The notes under the pieces were generated by a model. The model saw only the letters and a list, made by a program, of their open reading frames with translations. It had not been told where the DNA came from and searched no databases. Shown in pieces: positions 1 through 16,497 of a DNA stretch of 64,000 nucleotides (position 1 is the first letter of the stretch; every line of letters begins with the position of its first letter). Source of the DNA: Dimorphilus gyrociliatus (lineage: Eukaryota > Animalia > Annelida). The translations under genes and the position numbers were made by a program. The DNA is taken from positions 4,307,689-4,371,688 of the forward strand of contig CAJFCJ010000005.1 of assembly GCA_904063045.1 (NCBI GenBank), written 5' to 3'.

Positions 1-546
1 TCCTCTTCCTTTTCTTTCTGCTCCTCCTCTTCGTGGTTTTGTTCCAATTGCATTTCTGTGTCTTCTCTTTCGCGTGGAAGATGGAAAGAGAGAGAAAGCG
101 AGATGAGTGAGAGAAAAAGAAGAGAAGAGAGAAAGAGGAAGAGGAAGAGAGCGAGAGAGATAGAGATAGAGAGATAAAGAAATGATAAAGTGAAGAACAG
201 AGAGGAGAAAAAACAAATAAATAAACATAAACATATTCCTATTACAGTATACTGTATAGAAGGGAAATAAAAGCTTATACGACTGTTATTTGTGTATATA
301 ACAGCGTATTATCATTGTTTGCATATAGTCTTATAGTGTAAATATATATATATATATATATATATATTGTATATACTGCATAGTGTACAGTGTATAGTGT
401 ATATTATAATAGATAATAAATAAGGTACTTAAGATATAAAGATATATATATATATATATACACCCTGGATACAGTACACAGTATATAAGAAAGATATAGA
501 GATAGGGAAAGATATCGGGAGAGAAAATGTGATGGCGTTTAATCTT

Positions 547-783
547 TTAAAAAATTGGAAAGAACCTTTGCCTTCGATGGTTCGGATGAGATTTAAAATG
601 ATGACGTAATTTTCTTATAGATGATCTGAGATGGAAAGCGATTGGTTGTACCTCAAAAGAGATGGCAGGATAATTCTTATCGAATTTCTCCTCCTCGTGC
701 GATAAACTAAAAGTATACATAGGCGTAGTTTCATCATCAGCAGTAGTCGTTTGAATGGCGTTTAATTGCGCTGTTGGCTCCAT
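547..783 (-). CDS. Putative small ORF or first coding exon of an unknown gene (78 aa, MEPTAQLNAIQ...)
   Basis: True ATG at 783. Upstream minus-strand splice signals suggest 5'UTR exons (donors near 966 and 862, acceptor near 800). No recognisable domain. It may splice to an exon near position 70 and continue out of the window. Confidence 0.35.
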   Translation of the reverse strand: MEPTAQLNAIQTTTADDETTPMYTFSLSHEEEKFDKNYPAISFEVQPIAFHLRSSIRKLRHHFKSHPNHRRQRFFPIF

Positions 784-2569
784 TGATTGACTATCGGCTA
801 CCAGAAATTATAGCATAACAATATAATATTGGTAATAATAAACGATAGATGGCGCATTTACCTGTTTGTATCACGAAATCTGCGGTTCCCAATCCGGGCT
901 TCCCTGAATACAGATATATAGTATTTATACACAAATTAAATTTAGTAGAAAACCAGCCACAACTCACCGAGGAATTTAAATAAAAGGATTTCGAATAGTC
1001 TTTCTTTCAAATTGTTTTTTTATTTACTTATTTGTTTAGTTTGTTTCCCTGTTCATTATTTTGTTTGTCTCCTTGTTTTTTTTAAAAAAAAAACAAACAA
1101 ATAAACAAACAAACATAAGAAGGAGACAAACAAAATGCAAGAAATATGAAAAAGAGAAACACTTGGAAAGAAAGATTTATGTTTGTTTATTTTAAGATAA
1201 AAGAGGCTCACCGAAAGTGTTTATTGGACCAAACTAGTTTGATTCTTTCTTTTATACTGAAAAAGGGTAAATAGAATCATGCCCTCTAAGACAATATCTA
1301 TGTTAAAAGAGGGAGAGAGAGAAAGAGAGAGAGAAAGAACTATATATTTATATATATATATATATATATACACCATACAAGCGTAATTAACTTGTAAAGA
1401 ATTACTTTTTACGGACGACGAATAAACGCAAAAAATATGGACTATTCATGTCAGCCGCAAATTTATTGCAGTAGCGTGAGTTGAAATACTTATGTACATA
1501 ACCAGCTTAATAAATATATACTATACAATATATATAGTCTGTAAAGATATATACAATATACATTTATTCTTTTTGCTTGTGTCTGTTCAACTATTGAAAG
1601 ATTGGTCGGTTAAACTACCACCAACCCTCGTCCTCCTCCTCCTCCTCCTCCTCCTCCTCCTCCAATATGCGTATTGTTTTAAATACAAATATCATTTACT
1701 TATAAAGCCTAACTCACTCTATCTAATAAGATATTACATGTTTAAATAATTCCATCAAGTTGCATTCGATGACCCATTGCAAATGGCTAATGCATTTTAA
1801 GAACGATACAACTATCACTTATAGGTCGCTTTATAATTTATTAATACAACCTCTTGCGGGAAAATGGGGAGGCGGACCGCCCATCGCCTACTTCTAATTT
1901 AAGGAAGGACTATGCGCAACTGGGGAAATATAAAAAACTGGTCAACTTTGGATAAACGTCCATATTTTCTTCGTTTTTTTCTTTAATTGCACTTTTCCAT
2001 GCCTTATTCCTACGTATATCGCTCTTACTCACACCGACTTCCACCCTTGCCTTATCCCTCTCTCTTTCTCTCTCTTTATCCCTACAGCTGGTAATTAAAT
2101 GGAAATATCCATTTTTTATTATAGGCTTAAAAGAGGAGAAAAGCGTAAAAATTGTGGACAAAATTATATAGCGCAATTGAAATTATAGCGGGCAACTCGA
2201 TTGAATATAAAAGCGGGACAGCAGATAACTGTCAACGGCAACAGCAAACTTTACTGCAGCAATGCACTTGTCCGCTTTTTTTTTTTATTTTTTTGCCGTC
2301 AGCCTTAATCTCATTACTTTTGCTGACTAATCTCTTATATAGACGGTTCTGCTAAAGAATTAAACGGCGTCTATAATGTTACATAACAACGTTTTACAAT
2401 TATATAAATATAAATACAATTATATAAACAGCCGCCTATATCCATATATTTTTTATATATAGACATTATGAAACGTTCTAGATTATATCCCTTCGGATTT
2501 CAGATGTGTATATGCCCTTCACCAATTAATCTGCCTCTCAATATTTATACAAATGCGACAGTCGAGGCT

Positions 2570-3617
2570 TTAGCCACATTTGCATACTCGTTCGCTTAAT
2601 TTCGGCCTTTTGCTCATTTCGAATTCTCGACGGCGATTTCTCATTAGGTCGCTTGATATCTGTCTTTGTTGCGTTAGACGCTTTTTTTTAACTCGGTAAA
2701 GAATATGAAAAATGAAATAAAAGGAGAGAAAGAGACAGAGAGAGAGAGAGAGAGAGAAAAAAAAATGAAAAAAAAAAAATAAAAAATAATAAAGCAACCC
2801 CGAGTTAACATCGAATTGTTAACTGCAACACGTGCGTCTATTCTACAGCTTGTTCGCTTTCTAACTCATTTCAACTTATTGTGTTCAAAACTATTGTTTT
2901 CATTCACATCTGCCATCGGAATATCGCCCGTCCCCTCCCCCCTCCCCCCCCTCTCTCTCTGTCTCTCTCTCTCTGTCTCTCTCTCTCTTTAGCTTGCCAC
3001 TCCCCTTCTTAGCTTCTTTCCTCTCCCTCCTACACCGCCTCCTATTCCTACTTCGACACACGCCCATAGTCGTAGTTCTACTTTCCGGTCTCTTATACTA
3101 GTCATTCATACTCGTTCTCCCTTTTGTTCTAGATACTTGAAACAAAAAAACTCTTGCTATCGCGAGTCGTCCACTCTGCCAATATCCGTATCAATCTTTA
3201 TCGCGTTCAGATATGCTAATTACGCTCATATTGATTATAGGCTAATTGATTACATATATAGGAAATTAGACGCTCTACGAAACAATTCATGCGTATTAAA
3301 GCCTTACAAGGGTAATTTGCATATTTACCGACAGCCGTATAGATTATAACTATTACAACAGACACGAAGAGAACAATTCCAGTGGTTATGAAGGTTATGT
3401 TGAGAACTTTCTTGAGACATAAATGCTCTCCAATTTGACTGGAATTTTGGTCGTTTAGCTCCTGCTCGACATCCTCTAATCTGTCGTCTTCTAATATTCG
3501 AACTATCTTTTTCATAAAGTTCTTTGATCTGGTGAATCCGGAAGATTTTTGCACTTTTTCCGGACGACCAGCTATATCCGAGGAAGCTGGGTTCGAGTCG
3601 ACTTCGATCGATGTCAT
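2570..3617 (-). CDS. Small single-pass membrane protein of unknown family
   Basis: ATG at 3617 and exon 3327-3617 ending at a G|GTAAAT donor. Hydrophilic N-terminus, then the hydrophobic stretch ITFITTGIVLFVSVVIVIIYTAV. Two candidate terminal exons are in phase: 3106-3128 (EQKGERV*) and 2570-2691 (VKKKRLTQQ...CKCG*). A TATA-like element lies near 3805. Confidence 0.6.
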
Positions 3618-4756
3618 TTTTCATTCTTTTTCTCATCATTTGACGCTCAACGGTTTTCGCATTGCGCGCTCTATATGGTCGAAATTCTCTCGCACTCAAC
3701 TGGACGTTTTACGCCACCTATCGGTCGAAAATTTCCCCATTGTCCCCCTCCACCTCTCCCCCTAATAAAAAGTCTAGTATTGCTTAAATCATCTAGAGGG
3801 CGTTATATATCACTCATGGAGGGTGACGGAAATGTATAAATGTCTACTACGGAAGGGAGGAGATAGTCTTATGTTATCCTCTTTATTGGCAGTAAATTAA
3901 TATTCACGTAGGCGAGAGAGAGAGAGAGAAGATGAGGCAAAAGAGAGAAGAAAGAGATAGAGAGATAGAGAGAAAGAGAGAAAGAAAGAAAGAAAGAAAG
4001 ATAGGAAAAGTCCACGCTGTCATTTGTATAAATAATAGAGTTAGAAGGAGGGTAAAAGAGGGGAAAACGCAGACAAATAAGGCACGCTAATGATTTTATA
4101 GGCCGTTTACATACTTTATATAGTTGGTATATAAACAAATAAAAATACTAGCTATAAAGTGGAGGTAGACAGTAAGAAAAGAGAGTAAAGGATTACCTTT
4201 AAAAGACCAGTGAAAAAAGAGAGAAAGAGAGAAAGAAAGAAAGGAAGAGAGAGAGAGAGTGAAAGAGAAGAAAAGGAAGAAAATGTTTCATTCCATCTCT
4301 CTAATGAATATATTTTATCCATGTTGTCTCCTACGTTTTATCAATTAATCTTAATAATCCATAGAGTATTTGACATAAAACGATTGTTTATATATACTGC
4401 ATTCATATAAATACTTGTATATATAGGCATATACTGGATTTTTCAAGGTATATTGTCTGTATTAAAAAACAAGATTTTCGGAAGATGATGATGATAATAA
4501 TGACGATGATGAAATTAATAATAAAGATAATGATATTGTTAGCTTCAGTTATTAGAATAATTAAGTATATAATATACTTTATGATATATATATATATATA
4601 CTTTATCCTTAAAGAAAACATACAAAGAAGTAGCTTTTTCTGCTCATTTTGTACAATTGAGAAAGGTTCACTGTCAATTAAATAGCAGCAATCATAATAG
4701 GCCTAACCTTCGTGCATATATTAGTGTGGCTATATAGGTAGTAAATTAGGCAAATT

Positions 4757-7700
4757 TTAAGAAATAGAACTGCAAAAGAGAGAGAAAAAAAATATTAATA
4801 TGAAAAATATTGTTTTTTTAAAAAAAAAAGAATTATAGATTTGTTTTATACCAAGCATTTTTTGTTGCATCGACTTCTTTTTCAATTAGAATACGGACGA
4901 AAAATTCTGTTTCTTTGCCTGATTCGCAAGGATAAGGAACGAGTAAATAATAGCCAGGTTCCAAATCAAATCTTCCAATAATTTCGTACGATTCATGCTT
5001 GCTACAGCAATCGGCGACTAAAGGCAGTTTGCCAAGATTTCTTTTTTCCTTGTCCGTCGTCTTGCCCTTTTGTTTCGCAATTAAACAAATAAGATTTTAT
5101 ATATAATATGTACGTAGACAAATGTCATCTATACACTTCGTATACACTTAAAGTGCAGTTGGTCGAAAAAGGAGAACAAGCCTGCTTTTCTCTTTCTCTC
5201 TCTCTCTGGCTGCTGTTCTATGTTGTTATTTTTTTTCTAATTCCTTTTCTTTCTATTTTGATTTCTCCCTTTCTCTCTCTCTTTCTGTCTCTCTCTTTTT
5301 TTCTTTTTCTCTCTCTCTCTCTCTCAACTGTTATAATATTCCCTTACCGCAAAAATCCCACTACCGATGCCAATTAATTCGCAAGTTCGTTTTTAGGCGT
5401 TAATTAACACTTTTTTCTCCCTTTCGCTGCACCCCTCCTCTATCCATCTTTCTCACTTACTTTATACAAGGCGAACCCAATGTTAAATAGTAGAGATCCC
5501 TTAGAACCTTGTCTATAATCTTGCATTAGAGAAATGATCACATGACTCTTTCCTGTAAACGAAGAAGAGGGTGATAAGAAGTTCTCGTGGTCCCTCTTAT
5601 TAACGGCAAAGAGGAATCTAGGATTTCTCGAGTGCTGTCTCATATTCGTTCTCGGTCCTCCCGAACACGACACTGTTATTGTGCATAAAATAATGGCGTA
5701 ACTGACGGATTTTAGTTGATTAATACGAAAATCTTTCAATGCTTACGTGTCCATTTACCATAGAAAGAGTCGAGCTGCTTCCATTGTCCAGTAGGCCTAA
5801 AACTATCATAGTTTGTCTCGAAAATACTTAATTGACTAGCGAAAGAATTGAGCGATTGAGATCGGTGAATGGCAGGGGTTTTTAATCGATTAATTTCTTC
5901 ACCTATACGCCTATTATTACTATGCTTCCTACAGCGAGGAACGTCGGAATAGCTGTAATCGGAAGCGCACTCCGAGGCGCAAGAAACGTTCGAAACTGAC
6001 GACGTTGTCGACATATTCGAAAGTCCACCTACACAATCACATAGCTGATTTTCTGAGCGTAGTTGAGAGGTTCGGAGTAAGAATTGGCAAGTTGTCGAAC
6101 CACCACCACCACCACTACCACCACCGGTTCCAGCTTTAGTTAATTCTATACGATTCTTAATAGTTTTAGAGCTATTAGCAGTTATTGTACCATTTTTTCT
6201 ATTCCTTTCCCTAGCCGAGTGGGTACGTCGTATGAATAAAGGCTCTTCGGCTTGTTTAAATGACGAAATAGACGTATGATCCTCGAACGCCGTATCGGTA
6301 GGAGGATCTACTTTTTTCGAGTAAATTCTCTCCGAATCCGTACTAATCGAATGAAACGGTTCCGTGCTGCTAATTACGATGATGTGAGCGAAGTACTTTA
6401 AGAAATCCACCCACGTCATCCAAAACTCTCTTGGATTCTCTAGGCATTCCAAAGGTTTTCGGGCTTCTTTAAAAGTAGGAGAGACTAGACTCCAGTTTGC
6501 TTCGTCACTGTTATAAGTATAAAAATGTACCGCATATTTACCATTTGTATATTTACATTGTTAAATATGTACGACGTTATTAGGCCTAAACTAGCAGCGA
6601 CAATTAGGTAGTGAGAGGTTAAATGGGCGGATGAATGGACGGCCGGATAGGTAGATGAGTGGGTGGATGGTATAAGATAAAGATAGAAAGTATCAAAATG
6701 AATAAGATAAAGTGGAAAAGAGAAGTTGTAGAGGTCGTTTTGTTGAAAAAAACTGAATGAATAATTATCACAATAATCATTATAGCGATAATAGATGGAT
6801 AGAATGGAAGAAAAGCAGAGAGGAAAATAGACAAGAATAAGTAAAAGAGAGGCGATTAATAAATCTTTTGTTGAAAAATACTGACTTTAATGAGAAATCT
6901 CCCAGCCATACGGCATCCGGCTCGCTTGTGTATTTGAGTCGAACCATTTCCTTATTACTTCCATTCTGCAGTGAGAACTAGGAGGGGAAAAAGAAAATGT
7001 GATAGGCCTACTATTGGATCACGACTGCATGCAACGTCGTACATTATATTAATCTAGAATATGAAACCACTTTGAAAACTGTTTGTGCAATTTACCTTCG
7101 CAACTGCGCTTACGTAAAAAAGTTTGCAATCGTTGACGTCTGCATTGGTGAAACCGCCCAACTGATTGCACTTTGCCTTTCTCCAGCAAACCATCATTGA
7201 CCTACTAATATAAGATACGTATAGAATGTGGAATAAATTGTCGTTGGGAGTCTGCTGTTGGTCGTCCAAACAAAAATCTTCGCAGATCGCACCTGTTTAA
7301 ACCAAAGTGAACGAAAAAAAAAACCAATTTATTCAGAGAGAAAACAAGAGAAAAGCGTTGACCGATAAAGGAGTTTGAGTAGAATAATATCAGTTTACCC
7401 GTGAAATCCGTCAAGGCGTTTATAGGTTTGCCGATTTCGATTGCTTCGTAAGCCTTATGACACCTGCGTTAATTGATTCGACATTTACGCCGTGGCCGTT
7501 TAGCTAGAAATAAAAACTCACTTAGCATAGGCCTTTTCCAGTAACGCTGTCCAGTATTCATCATCAAATGCGGGCGTATAGGCTAAAGAGCCTTCGAGCG
7601 TCGGTAAATAATCGTCGATAACGACGGTTTTCCATTCTCCGAATCGCCACATCTTAAACTCGAAAGCCCCTGCGATTTTTTGTTCGTCAATAGTTAAATA

Positions 7701-8931
7701 AGAGGAAAAGAAAGGAAAAAACAAATCATTGACTCTTTTTCTTTTCTCACTTTCTCGTTCCCTCATTCTTTCTTTCTTTTTTTTTTCTTTCATTATTTCT
7801 TTATTTCACTCTACCTCGTTTCGTTTTCTTTCCCCTCTCTTACACATACACACCCTCTCACTCTTCTCTCTCTCTCTTTAACTGCACCTTGCTCTGTTCT
7901 GTAACTGATTTACTTGTTATCTTCATTCCTCTTATTGTTTTACACATAGACGCACACCCACACACACTGACGCACACACACACATTCTCTCTCTCTCTCT
8001 CTCTCTCTCTCCCTGTATTTCTTCTTTCTCATTCATTCATATATCTATTCATTCACTCATTCATTCATTCATTCATTCATTCATTCACTCATTCATTCAT
8101 TCGTTCATCCATTCATATACTTACTCGCTCATTCATTCATCAACTTACTCACTCACTCAATCTTCTTTCTTATTTCTTTTGATTCATTCTTTATCTTTCC
8201 CTCTCGGTTCTCCATTTCAACATCTCTCGTTTCCCTCTCATCTTTCTGCCTACCTCTTTTCTACCTTTCTCCTCTAACGTACACGAGTCATTCTCACTCT
8301 GCCTTTTACTTAACGACGAACAAAGATAAATGCATGCTTATACAGGCCGAGTTGTCTACGAAAGAATATATAAATAATTGTAATGTACAGTATGAAACAT
8401 TTATATAGAGTTTAGAAGAGATTACATCGAAAGACTATGTGCATAACAAGCCGAATGCAAATTCATAATATCTTTTGCCAATCTACGGGACCGTCAGTCT
8501 GTTTAATATGCACACGTGTGCCTCGTTTATAAAGACAGTACAAACAATAAGAAGATTTGTCATCATTGACAAACTCTATGGTTTACCGTACGTTTTGTCG
8601 TGATACCTGTATAATTATTAGTAAAGTTGCGTATAAAGTCTTTGAGGCCCGGTATGATCCTTTCCATAAGACGTGTGTTCAGGCTAATAACGGCTAAAGG
8701 AAATCTCAGCCATCGTCTATCATGCCAGAACTTCTTTTCTAAGTGGATCTTTAAGTAACCGCCTACCCCAACAAATTTTGGGTTAGGGCATTGGTTCTTG
8801 GCTCGAATAAACTCCATTCTTTCGTATTTATCGTCTCCACTATACACATACGTAAGGGAAGATTGTTCTGGAGGAAAATCATTGTCCGTAAACAAATCAC
8901 TGATTAGACCGCTGAAATCTGCTAACGCCAT
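4757..8931 (-). CDS. Calpain-like protein (CysPc + domain III), predicted catalytically dead, about 675 aa
   Basis: Exons 8607-8931, 7522-7669, 7399-7463, 7096-7292, 6886-6977, 5747-6507, 5461-5672, 4852-5066 and 4757-4769 join in frame (2028 nt). Calpain motifs: LFTDNDFPP, WRFGEW..VVIDDYLPT, YWTALLEKAYAK, ALTDFTG, EFWMTWVDF, NPRF, GRFDLEPGYYLLVP. Confidence 0.9.
8006..8160 (+). repeat. (TTCA)n tetranucleotide microsatellite, degenerate, in calpain intron 1
   Basis: Repeated attc/ttca units are directly visible. Confidence 0.9.
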
Positions 8932-9611
8932 AGCGTCGAATGACGTTCGCTGACCGATAGACGGCGCTTAATGTCTCAAAGTTGCAAAGATTCGCCTACA
9001 TTATTGTTACAATGGTTGTATTCAATAAATTATTATACTGTAACCATTCCAGATTATAATCTTTACAGCTTTTTGTTTTGTTTATTGTAAAAGAAATACG
9101 ACGAATATAAATGCAATAAAACTTTGGTCCTCGATTTTCTCTGTCTATCACCTTATCTCTGTCTCTCTGTCTCATTTCTAATCCCTCCCTACACTGTACC
9201 TCTTCTCTTTTAAAAACTTTTGTTAAATCCAATTTACAAATTTCTCTTTCCAGTTTCCTTCGTCAGCACACTGGCAAAATTCCTCCCTCTTCCCCCCCGG
9301 CCCGTTTTAACTCTTTCTCTCCATAATTTACGCTAGCAGATGAGTACAAAGATACGATCAGTTTCGCAGATGTATTATACAAAAATCTTGACGTTTATCT
9401 ACGTCTGTATACCGAATGTGATCAATGTATAACGTATACGTGTATATAATAATTTCAAAGTACATTTCACGTATAAAACAAATGAAAAAAAAAAGGTGGA
9501 AAGAGAGAAAGAGATTTTTTTATAGACATTTTCTCACTGACAATTTATATACACGTATATCTCATACTTATTAATATAGATACTGTATATTAAACATACA
9601 CAGCATATATA

Positions 9612-9645
<34 letters not shown>

Positions 9646-10146
9646 TCTATATATAAAATATGCCTCCACTCTTCGACATATTCCAAGTATATTTATAAGT
9701 AAAAAGTTTAATTAAACGAATTGGTATACAAGCATATATGTATACTGTAATTATATATGTATAAGTATATATATAGTATATAATGGTACATATAACACAC
9801 ATATATACCATACCTATATACGTATCAACATATATTCTCTCTTATAATTGAAATAATTTAAAAGTCAATTGGCGGTTCATACAAAGCATCTACTTACACA
9901 TCAGCATATATAAATCATGTCGATTAACCAACACAAAAATAATTACAAGGAGCAGAGGTGTATTGTGACAAGGCAAATGTGACCATTCTTAATTTATCTC
10001 CTCGTACTCCATGAAGAGAAAATCGACAAATATGACTAGTTTGCAGTCTTTTTTAGTTTTCAGACAAAACAAACACTTTTTTTAATATTATTGTTACGTA
10101 TAGCTTTACATGCATGGTAAATTATTATAAATATCTGATACGTTGT

Positions 10147-13742
<3,596 letters not shown>

Positions 13743-16401
13743 TTATCTAATCTGTTTCTTCTCTTTTCAACTTCCTATCGCCGTTTTCCTTTTGTTGTTG
13801 CTTCTTTTATTTAGAAATATCCCATTGAAAAAAAAAAAAAACTACTTATCCTTTTTCTAACGTTATAATAGATGCTTTTATCTGTAAAATAATAAATAAC
13901 ATCATGCATTAAACATATATAGAGTGAAAACTATCGAATAATATATACATGTATATTAAGTGTGTATGTACGTGAGAAAAACACCGCAATTTATATTGGC
14001 CTAATATAACGTAAAATATTTACAGCTCTATTTTATTTTATATTTTTTTTTCATTTTATAACAATTCTCTCCATTCTTATATTTGGCTTTATCTATTTCT
14101 CTTACTTTTACTTATAAACTTTCTAATTAGGTTATTAACTTGTTGTAGAACGAGAAAGAAAAAATTTAGCCAAAAAAAAAAAAATGACACAAATCAGTAA
14201 TTCTCAAGTGACGGCTAAAGGTTAATAACTTTTTTTTATATATAGATTAACTCGTCATCTAAACTAATCAGCCAATCTGAAAAAATTGACTATTTTTAAA
14301 GACAAATATATATACGTACATATTTACTTATTCATATATATAAATATACTTATATTAGAAATACTTATATTTCACCTACGCCTTACGTGATAATTTTCTG
14401 TCTGTTTGCTACTTATCCAACTTTTTAGGTTTGAGGAGTTTTCTATAGATGTCTTAAAAAACATACCACTTATCGTAATCGATTATATAAAAACATCTGC
14501 AACAAACATAGAAGCGGAACTATCCTCATAAAAATCAATTTACTACAGAGGATGAAGTTTGAAATATTTATCTAATAGATTTAAAAAAAAAAAGGCGGGG
14601 GCGACTTGTAGACTGAAATACTGTCAACTTCCTACTGAGAAGCAATTATTATTGTTATTAGCGGTTGAGGTTTTCCAATTAGTATTAGTACTCTTTCCGA
14701 TAATTATTTAATCCTTTATAAGACATATTTCGTCAAAATAAACAGAAACATACAATAAATATATCTATATCATTAATTAAAAAAAAGAAAAACTAAAAAG
14801 TATAGATTTCTATGTGTATATAAAAATAAATATAAAGCACATGCATATAAAAATCAAAGGTTTCAAGGTTCTTTTTTTTTTTTTGCGTTGATTATTAACT
14901 GTAACAATTTCTTTACTTACATATCAGAATCAATGATAAGGCGTTTTCGTTAATTGAACATCAAGTTATAAAAAAAGAATTGATCGCGTAGTCCAATTAT
15001 TATTTTTGAAATGTATCCTTCATCAAATTGTAGAGTTCTTTACTTTAGACTAAACTAAACTACTTTGTAATATCAAAAAAAAACCAACATTTCTAAACAA
15101 TTATTTATAGGGCACCACGGAAATTCATGACGTCATACACCTTCAACAAATAGCTAAGAGCACAACTTTATTCAGATTTTTTTAACGTAGACATACTAAC
15201 TACGTTGTGGAATATCCTTTTTTTTTAAACGTTCTCAATTCCGGCTTCTGAATCATTCAGAAAAGCTCTATTCATAACCGTTCATACACGAAAGAATATA
15301 TAAATATATATATATATATATATTAGTAATACTCACACATATATACTGCATATGTATTATGTATAAGAGAAGAATATACACCCTGACAAAAGTAAAAAAA
15401 TATAAACTCGTTTGATACGAAAGACTTAACTGAAATGTTCTTAAAAGAGAACATTTTACATTTTACACTAACTGAACTATTTCTTAAAAAGAATCGTACT
15501 TACGTACACTGAAAAACAGACATAAATAAAAATGATGCCAGAGATTTAACTTATTGATGTCTAAATACAAACAAATATAGCGAAAATCTTAGGGAAATTC
15601 TAAATAAGGTCATAATACCTTTACGTCGTATTAGAAAAAAAAGAATGGAGAGAATAAACTGAGTAGAAACTAGTCTTGTAAAGTTTTAGCCTTCTTTGAT
15701 GAAATCAAATTGTGAGAGATTTATACATATATATATATATATACTGTATATATATATATATATATATATGTACATAATGTTATTACAGATATATACAGAA
15801 GAATGGAAGGCTGATTGTAGTACGACCTCTCTTTGTCGGCTGAAACCACTCGATGAAATACAATACTGAACTTCAAGAGAGCTAAGTTTAATATTATAGA
15901 AGTAGGCAAAGTATACGACTTTTGGACCAACAAGCATTTATACTTAAACTTACGAACTCTTAACTCGCATTAACCTTTGCTGATAATTCCCATGAATCAT
16001 TGAGATTAACCATATCTGATAAAATGATATAAGGATCGTCTTGGTGCAAGTGTATTTCTGGTTATAGTTAACGAATTAATAATTCTTAGTTTATAAATTA
16101 TATCAACAACTGATTCCTAAGTAAACGTATGAAAAAAATAGTTTTTTGTTCATAAGGAAAACAACAATAAACTAAAGGCGAAGGCGGTATTGTTCCGTGA
16201 TCAGGATTCGTTGATTAACTATTTAACTACTCTCTTATAAGAAATCCTTCTTTAATAATCGATTGATAATATATTTAAAACTTACCAAAATTTAAAAATA
16301 AATATCAGAGATAGCGCTGGTTTTTGCTTTTCTTACGGGATATGCGATCTCTAGTGATCGTCCATTTTGTTTGTTTCCAGACGAAAACGAGACTCCCTTT
16401 T

Positions 16402-16411
16402 GTCACGTGAC
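16402..16411. promoter_or_regulatory. Palindromic E-box GTCACGTGAC (CLEAR/USF-type) in the FBXO9 proximal promoter
   Basis: Exact 10-bp palindrome about 87 nt upstream of the FBXO9 ATG. Confidence 0.5.
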
Positions 16412-16497
16412 CAAATTATTCGTTTTTCGTTTCGTTCTCTCTATCCGTCTATATTGCTCTATTCGACTTCCTGTACATTTTGCCTATCCTTAACAAG

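Noticed and set aside
3325-3839. Several overlapping ORFs around the small membrane-protein gene
   Set aside because: Alternative frames or antisense shadows of the one frame that has an ATG, a transmembrane helix and a donor.
7504-7521. Apparent 18-nt GT-AG micro-intron in the calpain gene
   Set aside because: It creates an immediate stop. The 58-nt intron 7464-7521 restores the conserved AYAK..AYE frame.
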